Assembly (NCBI GenBank): GCA_030066885.1
Contig: JASJAT010000051.1
Span: 1 to 60,629, forward strand
Length of the DNA: 60,629 bases
Reading direction: 5' to 3'
DNA from: Arenicellales bacterium
GTDB lineage: Bacteria; Pseudomonadota; Gammaproteobacteria; Arenicellales; JAANXG01
Shown piece by piece: positions 54,800 through 60,629 of this stretch (the stretch's first letter is position 1; the number at the start of each line of letters is the position of its first letter). A program made the translations under genes and the position numbers. A model generated the notes under the pieces. That model was not told the origin of the DNA. It did not search any database and was given only the letters and a program-made list of their open reading frames with translations.

Positions 54800-56137
54800 A
54801 TGGCCATTCCAACACATGTGTCCTTCCTCATTATCGGCGCTGGTATTCACGGACTCAGCACGGCATATCATTTAGCGCGTGAGCTTAAAAGGACGGGCCG
54901 AGGTGATGGTCAAGATATCTTGGTCATCGATAAGACCTCGATTGCAGCGGGTGCGTCGGGCATCGCATGCGGGGTAATCAGAAACAACTATTACCAACCT
55001 GCCATGCGTGAATTGATGGCGCACAGTGTGAGCATTTGGGAAAGTGACCGTGAAACCTACGCTTATCATCCTGTCGGTTATATGCAGATCAGCCCGGAGT
55101 GCATGCGAGGCGACGTGGCGACTATTGCACAACAGCAAAAAGAGATCGGCTATGAGTCTGTTTTTGTTGAAGGCAAAAAGGACTCCGACAAGTACATGAA
55201 ATCGATCTTTGAGGATTGGCAGGCACAGAACATCACCTCCGTGTTGCACGAAAAGCGCGGTGGTTATGCCAACAACACTAAAAGTTTGTATGGTCTCGCC
55301 GACAAAACGGAAGCTGAGGGTGTGCGTATATTAACCGGTTTGAAGGTAATCGGATTCGAGCGTAATGGCCAAGGTGTAAGTGCAGTGAAGACGGAAAGGG
55401 GTGATATCAAGTGCGATCTGGTCGTGGTGGCCGTCGGCCCATGGGCAAAGACCGTCTGGGATATGTTAGAGCTGCCAAAGGCCGTTGCAATCAAAGGTAG
55501 GGACGGGGTCATGCATGATGATATTCCGATGTGGGTCTACTGGTCACTTCAGGAGGGTACGTTAGGGGTGGATCCGGACATGCAAAAAACCAACTCGGGC
55601 GAGTTTCCACCTGTTGTCCACGTGGATAGCGATGCGCCGCTTTACTCAGATGAAGATGGATCGTTGATTACCGACCAGATGTGGGGAATTTACTACAAAC
55701 CGGATTTTAACTTCGGTGGTATTCAGGGCGGGGCAGCCCCGATAAAAGTGAAGACCGAACCCGACAAGGTTGCGGTGGATCCTTACGGTCCCGATTCTCC
55801 GGAGTTTGTCGTCGGTCCGGAATTCGCGCACATGTGGTGCTCCGCCTTGGCGCACTGTCAAAAGCGTTTCGAGAAAAAAATGGACAGCTACAAGAACGAA
55901 CCTTCTGGTGGGATCGGGGCGTTCACTCCAGACAGCTTTCCAGTTTTCGATATGTTTTACGGTAACGTTTATTTGATTGCGGATTCCAATCATGGTTACA
56001 AGATGATTGGCGTCGGCGAGTTAGTGGCAAAAGAAATCTGTGGCACCAGCAGTAGTTTACTGGAACCGTTTCGTTTTACGCGTTATGCGGAAGGTAAGCT
56101 ACATCCGGTTTCGAATAGTCCATTTCCATGGAGTTAA
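54800..56137 (+). CDS. FAD-dependent oxidoreductase, sarcosine oxidase beta (SoxB)/MgdA-like.
   Basis: FLIIGAGIHGLSTAYHLA dinucleotide motif followed by AAGASGIACGVIRNNY, resembling the SoxB N-terminus. 445 aa from the ATG at 54800. Confidence 0.7.
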   Translation: MAIPTHVSFLIIGAGIHGLSTAYHLARELKRTGRGDGQDILVIDKTSIAAGASGIACGVIRNNYYQPAMRELMAHSVSIWESDRETYAYHPVGYMQISPECMRGDVATIAQQQKEIGYESVFVEGKKDSDKYMKSIFEDWQAQNITSVLHEKRGGYANNTKSLYGLADKTEAEGVRILTGLKVIGFERNGQGVSAVKTERGDIKCDLVVVAVGPWAKTVWDMLELPKAVAIKGRDGVMHDDIPMWVYWSLQEGTLGVDPDMQKTNSGEFPPVVHVDSDAPLYSDEDGSLITDQMWGIYYKPDFNFGGIQGGAAPIKVKTEPDKVAVDPYGPDSPEFVVGPEFAHMWCSALAHCQKRFEKKMDSYKNEPSGGIGAFTPDSFPVFDMFYGNVYLIADSNHGYKMIGVGELVAKEICGTSSSLLEPFRFTRYAEGKLHPVSNSPFPWS

Positions 56138-56170
56138 ATGAAAACGACATAACCCTAAAGGGAGGAGAAA

Positions 56171-57640
56171 ATGACAGATCTTGAGTCTTACGTAAACGCG
56201 CCAGGCCGTGCCGAATTAGTCAAGCAAGTTCGGGAAAAAATAAACGAATTGGGCGTGACTTATATTTACTACCAGTTTATTTCTGTAACAGGCCGCATAG
56301 TAGGTAAAGGCATCCCGGCTGACCACTGGGAGCGCACCGCGGAACGAGGTTTCCAACTGGTTTACGGTTCTACCGCGAATCTTTTTATCGACCGGCATGG
56401 GGACTATATCGGTTACGGTCCGGAAGCCGCGGAGCTCGTTGGCATCCCCGATCCGGAAACCTTTTGCCAATTACCTTGGGATAAGCGTGTTGGACGAGTC
56501 TATTGCGTATGTTTTCGCAATCGCGAAGAGCGTGAAAATCCGGGTGGACATCTCACTTCCGATTGCCGCGGTAACCTGAAGCGATTTGACCGGGAGTTCA
56601 AACAGAAATACAACGGATTACACCTGCGTGCAGGTACCGAACCGGAGATGATGTGGCTAAAGCGGGGTGAAGACGGAAAACCGGCCGGCGGCTTTTCCAA
56701 TCCTTACTGTTATCACATCGATCAATTTGAATCTTTACGACCGGTATTCATGCAGGTCATTGAATACGCCAATGCAATGGGGCTGGATATGATTCAAGGT
56801 GATCATGAAGATGCGCCTGGTCAACTGGAACTTAACTGGTGGTTCGATGACGTAGTGCGCAATGCGGATCGTTTATCCACCTACCGTCAAATCTGTGCCC
56901 AGGTCGCCCGGGAGAACAATCTGATAGCCTGTTTTATGTCAAAGCCTTTTATGGGTGTATCTGCATCTGGCTGTCATACCAACATTTCACTGTGGCGCGG
57001 TGGCGAGGAGCGATTGAATACTCTTCATCAGGACCCGCTACCGGGTATGCCGCACAACTTTACTTACCTTGATGGGGGAGAAAACACTTTTATGCCGGAT
57101 ACGGACGACCCGCAACTGCCTGGTAAGGTCGGTTTACAAGCCATTGGCGGCATCATGGCCCACTTAGGCGCACTGACGGCCATCGGTTGCTCTACTGTTA
57201 ATTCTTATCGCCGACTATGGGACACGGGTTTTTGGGCACCTGTATTTGCAGACTGGGGTTATCAGAACCGCACTACCGGCATGCGCGTGTCCGCACCAGG
57301 ACGATTCGAGTACAGGGCGGTGGATTCCATGGTCAACCCCTATTTGATGGGCGCCGCATTGCTCAAAGCTTTTGAGGACGGGATCGATAATGATTTGGAT
57401 CCAGGTAAGCCGGAGGAGCGCAACATCTACCAAGCCATGGAGGCCGGCAAGCAAGTGAAAAAACTGCCTATGTCCCTCGGTGAAGCTTTAGATAGATTGG
57501 CCAACGATGAAGTCATTAAATCGTCTATGCCCGATGAAATGTATAAGGTTTACCACTGGTATAAGAATGATGAGTTTGAAAAGTTCATGGCAACGGTGAC
57601 CGAGTGGGATTTGGAAACCTATATAGATTGCTTGCCATGA
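56171..57640 (+). CDS. gmaS: Glutamine synthetase family protein, candidate gamma-glutamylmethylamide (gamma-glutamyl-amine) synthetase.
   Basis: GS catalytic-domain strings EPEMMW, GDHEDAPGQLELNW and SGCHTNISLW. It lies directly upstream of the GATase/GXGXG/FMN trio, the glnT-glxBCD = gmaS-mgsABC arrangement. The substrate is inferred from context only. Confidence 0.6.
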   Translation: MTDLESYVNAPGRAELVKQVREKINELGVTYIYYQFISVTGRIVGKGIPADHWERTAERGFQLVYGSTANLFIDRHGDYIGYGPEAAELVGIPDPETFCQLPWDKRVGRVYCVCFRNREERENPGGHLTSDCRGNLKRFDREFKQKYNGLHLRAGTEPEMMWLKRGEDGKPAGGFSNPYCYHIDQFESLRPVFMQVIEYANAMGLDMIQGDHEDAPGQLELNWWFDDVVRNADRLSTYRQICAQVARENNLIACFMSKPFMGVSASGCHTNISLWRGGEERLNTLHQDPLPGMPHNFTYLDGGENTFMPDTDDPQLPGKVGLQAIGGIMAHLGALTAIGCSTVNSYRRLWDTGFWAPVFADWGYQNRTTGMRVSAPGRFEYRAVDSMVNPYLMGAALLKAFEDGIDNDLDPGKPEERNIYQAMEAGKQVKKLPMSLGEALDRLANDEVIKSSMPDEMYKVYHWYKNDEFEKFMATVTEWDLETYIDCLP

Positions 57641-57738
57641 CGTCGTGTACTGAGTGTTTGCAGGACGTCTGTATGGATCAGAGGCAGAGCGCGATACGCT
57701 TTCGGTTGCAACTTTAGGTATGTTGGAGGACAAAGAGC

Positions 57739-58674
57739 ATGTGTGGTATTGCTGGATTGATTCATCGAGGTGAGACTTCGGACATAGGATCCGAACTGAC
57801 TTCGATGTTACAAGCTTTGAAGCACCGCGGCCCGGACTCCACGGGTTTTGCACTTTACGGAGAACCTACGGCCAGTCAATACGTGATTCGATTTAAAGTG
57901 GCGGAACAGGAAGACATGCGCAAGGGATTTCGGATACACGAGGAAGTGAAACATCGTAAACAACAGGTCGATGGTCGTATGGAAGAACTCGGTGTGAGCA
58001 TTATCGCGCAAGAGCAGGTAACCGAGTACGCACATCGATACCATTTCAGCTACGGCGGTGATATGAAACGTTTGGCCGACTACATCGAGGACATTGAAGG
58101 TGCCGAGATTCTGTCTATTGGTAGTGCACTGGAACTTATCAAGGATCTGGGCGACGCCAATACCGTTTCTGATCAATATGGGTTAGATGGCTTCAACGGA
58201 ACACATGCGATAGGTCATACCCGTATGGCGACGGAATCCGATGTGGATATACGCTCGGCACACCCGTACTGGGCGTATCCGTTCAACGATGTTGCTGTAG
58301 TGCACAACGGCCAGCTGACTAATTATTGGAACTCCCGCCGTGAATTGGAGCGGCGTGGCCATCGTTTCATGTCTAATTGCGATTCTGAATTGATCGCGGT
58401 GTATTTAGCCGACCGTATGGATCGGGGTGAGGATCTACAGGAATCCATGCATCGTTCTATAAACGAATTGGATGGTGTTTTTACCTACGTAGTTGCTACT
58501 GGTGACAAGTTGGGGATGGCCAAGGATGTGATGGCAGCAAAACCGATGGTGTTATATGAGAGCGACGATTTTGTTGCCCTGGCATCCGAGGAAGTCGCCA
58601 TCCGCAGCATATTTCCCAATGAGATTGATACCTACGACCCATATGAGGGGGAGGTTCGGGTATGGCAGAGCTGA
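57739..58674 (+). CDS. mgsA: Class II glutamine amidotransferase-like subunit (MgsA/GlxB-like).
   Basis: MCGIAG, HRGPDSTGFAL, GHTRMATES, VHNGQLTNY. Confidence 0.7.
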   Translation: MCGIAGLIHRGETSDIGSELTSMLQALKHRGPDSTGFALYGEPTASQYVIRFKVAEQEDMRKGFRIHEEVKHRKQQVDGRMEELGVSIIAQEQVTEYAHRYHFSYGGDMKRLADYIEDIEGAEILSIGSALELIKDLGDANTVSDQYGLDGFNGTHAIGHTRMATESDVDIRSAHPYWAYPFNDVAVVHNGQLTNYWNSRRELERRGHRFMSNCDSELIAVYLADRMDRGEDLQESMHRSINELDGVFTYVVATGDKLGMAKDVMAAKPMVLYESDDFVALASEEVAIRSIFPNEIDTYDPYEGEVRVWQS

Positions 58675-59504
58675 AGCAAAAAGACTCCCATGCTATGGGA
58701 CTACACGAAGAGCAGTTGGTCGGTCGGACGCAACAGATATTCTTTTCGGCCGAAGAAGAAGAGGGTTTTACCTACCCGGGGGCATTTGAAGTGGATTTTG
58801 ACAGGTCGACTGCATTCGATGCTGCCAATATGGAGATAAAAGACATCAACCTTCGGATACGACAGTTGATGAGCGAAGGTTATGGTGACATTACTGTACA
58901 GAACCCGGGCGCTAAACATTCCCTCGGCGTAGGTATTCTCAATCGATTGAAACTGACTTTTGATGGCAGTCTGGGTTATTTCGGTGTTGGTTTGATCGAC
59001 GGGCCCAATGTCCGGATAACAGGGCGTGTCGGTTGGTCGTGTGCCGAAAACATGATGGCAGGCACGGTGGTAGTAGAAAAGAATGCGGGATCGACCTTCG
59101 GTGCTGCCTTGCGTGGCGGTGATCTGGTTTGTAAGGGTGACGTGGGTAGCCGAACCGGAATTGATCAAAAAGGTGGCACTATAATTGTCGGTGGCCGCAC
59201 CGGTGCCTTTAGTGGTTTTATGATGCAACGCGGCCGCATGATCATACTCGGTGATGCTGGAATCAACCTCGGCGATTCCATGTACGACGGCACGATATAT
59301 GTGGCTGGCAAGATCGCAGGTCTGGGTGTCGATGCGGTAGAAGGAGAGATGACAGAGCTCGATACGAGATGGTTGCAGAGTAAGTTGACTCTGTACGGAC
59401 TTGAATCCCCCAACGGCGTGGCAAACATGACCAAGATTGTCGCTGGAAAGCAATTGTGGAACTACGACAACCTCGAGCCCACGGAAAAGAAACTGGTCTT
59501 GTAA
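58662..59504 (+). CDS. mgsB: GXGXG-motif subunit (MgsB/GlxC-like).
   Basis: GSLGYFGVG...GRVGWSCAE...KNAGSTFGA...GDVGSRTG...GRTGAFSG...GDAGINLG beta-helix repeats. Confidence 0.7.
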   Translation: MAELKQKDSHAMGLHEEQLVGRTQQIFFSAEEEEGFTYPGAFEVDFDRSTAFDAANMEIKDINLRIRQLMSEGYGDITVQNPGAKHSLGVGILNRLKLTFDGSLGYFGVGLIDGPNVRITGRVGWSCAENMMAGTVVVEKNAGSTFGAALRGGDLVCKGDVGSRTGIDQKGGTIIVGGRTGAFSGFMMQRGRMIILGDAGINLGDSMYDGTIYVAGKIAGLGVDAVEGEMTELDTRWLQSKLTLYGLESPNGVANMTKIVAGKQLWNYDNLEPTEKKLVL

Positions 59505-59520
59505 AGGCGAGGCATTAGCT

Positions 59521-60629
59521 ATGAACGAAATGACTAAACCCAAACTCAAGCGCGATACCAGTCGCTTGGGTAGCAGTTACATTTTTCCACCCGAAGTGAT
59601 CGATGACATCCACATCAAGGCGGAACTTGGGCGTTATCGAATGCGGGGTTTTTCGATATTTAAGAAGATCCCAAGCTGGGACGACTTAACTTTTCTACCG
59701 GGTACATTGACTCGATTTGTTATCGAAGGATATAGAGAGAAGTGTGTCACTAAAACAATAATTGGCCCGCGTGCCAAACGACCCCTAGAATTGGACATCC
59801 CGGTATACATTACCGGTATGAGTTTTGGTGCGTTGTCTTACGAAGCGAAGACTGCCTTGGCTCGAGGTGCGACGATGGCGGGTACTGCTACCTGTTCTGG
59901 GGAAGGCGGTATGATCCCGGATGAGCGGCGATATTCGAGTAAATGGTTTTATCAGTGTATTCAATCTCGTTACGGGTTTAATCCGCATCACCTGCGGCTG
60001 GCCGATGGATGCGAGTTTTTTATCGGACAGGGATGTAAGGTCGGTCTAGGCGGTCATTTGATGGGTCAGAAGGTAACCGATCAAGTGGCGGAAATGCGCT
60101 CACTCCCTGCCGGGATTGATCAACGATCACCGGCCCGCCATCCAGACTGGTTAGGCCCGGACGACCTCGCGTTAAAAGTCCAGGAGATTCGTGAGGCGAC
60201 TAACTGGGAAATACCGATTCAGTTAAAACTGGGTGCCGCGCGTGTATACGACGACGTCCGTATGGCGGCGAAAACAGATCCTGATTCAATTTACATCGAC
60301 GGTATGGAGGGAAGTACAGGGGCCGGGCCTCACCTTGCGACTGAGGATACGGGTGTACCGGGGATCGCAGCTATACGACAGGCACGTAAAGCGCTGGATG
60401 ACGTGGGTAAGAGCGGCGAAATTTCGCTGGTGTACGCCGGGGGGATCCGTAACGGTGGTGATCTGGCCAAGGCGTTGGCGCTGGGTGCCGATGCGGTAGC
60501 CATCGGCCATTCCGCCATGATGGCACTGAACTGCAACAAGGACATACCCGAGGCCAATTTTCAAGAGGAGATCGGTGTAGAGCCGGGCTACTGCTACCAT
60601 TGTCATACCGGTCGTTGCCCGGTCGGTGT
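59521..60629 (+). CDS. mgsC: FMN-binding glutamate-synthase-family subunit (MgsC/GlxD-like). The 3' end is cut by the window, and the ORF is not in the track because it has no stop.
   Basis: My translation from the ATG at 59521 is MNEMTKPKLKRD...FLPGTLTRFVIEGYRE...ITGMSFGALS...GEGGM...IGQGCKVGLGG...IDGMEGSTGAGP...YAGGIRNGGDLAKALALGADAV...CYHCHTGRCPVG. The frame stays open to position 60629. Confidence 0.75.
   Translation, partial: MNEMTKPKLKRDTSRLGSSYIFPPEVIDDIHIKAELGRYRMRGFSIFKKIPSWDDLTFLPGTLTRFVIEGYREKCVTKTIIGPRAKRPLELDIPVYITGMSFGALSYEAKTALARGATMAGTATCSGEGGMIPDERRYSSKWFYQCIQSRYGFNPHHLRLADGCEFFIGQGCKVGLGGHLMGQKVTDQVAEMRSLPAGIDQRSPARHPDWLGPDDLALKVQEIREATNWEIPIQLKLGAARVYDDVRMAAKTDPDSIYIDGMEGSTGAGPHLATEDTGVPGIAAIRQARKALDDVGKSGEISLVYAGGIRNGGDLAKALALGADAVAIGHSAMMALNCNKDIPEANFQEEIGVEPGYCYHCHTGRCPVG

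Noticed and set aside
58701-59549. 282-aa minus-strand ORF opposite mgsB.
   Set aside because: It is a shadow ORF. The plus strand encodes an unmistakable GXGXG repeat protein, while the antisense product has no recognisable features and would overlap three operon genes.
1-60629. CRISPR arrays, rRNA genes, intact IS elements or prophage, and integrons.
   Set aside because: No regularly spaced direct repeats, rRNA-like sequence, or full transposase or integrase ORFs were found on reading both strands. Only the IS remnant at the left edge and the TIR repeats were seen.

Overview
This 60.6-kb window is a gammaproteobacterial-type chromosomal segment of roughly balanced GC. All homology calls come from motifs read by eye in the supplied translations; no searches were run.

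Most of the window is conserved housekeeping synteny:
- tRNA-Leu, tig, clpP, clpX, lon, hupB, tRNA-Val, tRNA-Asp, ppiD, with fabI convergent.
- A YejABEF-like peptide ABC transporter.
- rsmJ, rsmE, phhB.
- valS, holC and pepA, divergent from lptF and lptG.
- gcdH, and a DUF1015, serC, serA-like operon.
- A FadN-type fatty-acid oxidation gene.

Three stretches are not ordinary:
1. 42.8-46.3 kb is an accessory patch. It holds a tandem array of five paralogous single-pass mini-membrane-protein genes, most below the 60-aa ORF-track cutoff, some with a shared leader motif. It also holds a PilZ gene, a divergent Arg-rich DRR-repeat mini-protein, and a tRNA-Arg(CCU) gene interrupted in its anticodon loop by a ~213-nt group I intron.
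2. 46.3-60.6 kb is an amine/nitrogen assimilation locus with two paralogous split glutamate-synthase-like sets. On the minus strand are GATase, a GXGXG+FMN fusion, and a GltD-like protein fused to a degenerate FMN domain. On the plus strand are a SoxB-like flavoprotein, a GS-like gmaS candidate, and mgsA, mgsB and mgsC, the last running off the window. The two sets flank an amt gene and a GntR/FCD regulator.
3. The left edge has a tRNA 3' end abutting an IS-transposase remnant.

Other signals:
- A 25-bp terminal-inverted-repeat element occurs at two convergent gene junctions.
- A cluster of three DnaA-box-like sites, two of them perfect and inverted, lies upstream of gcdH.
- A sigma-32-type promoter precedes lon.

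No CRISPR array, rRNA or intact mobile element was seen.
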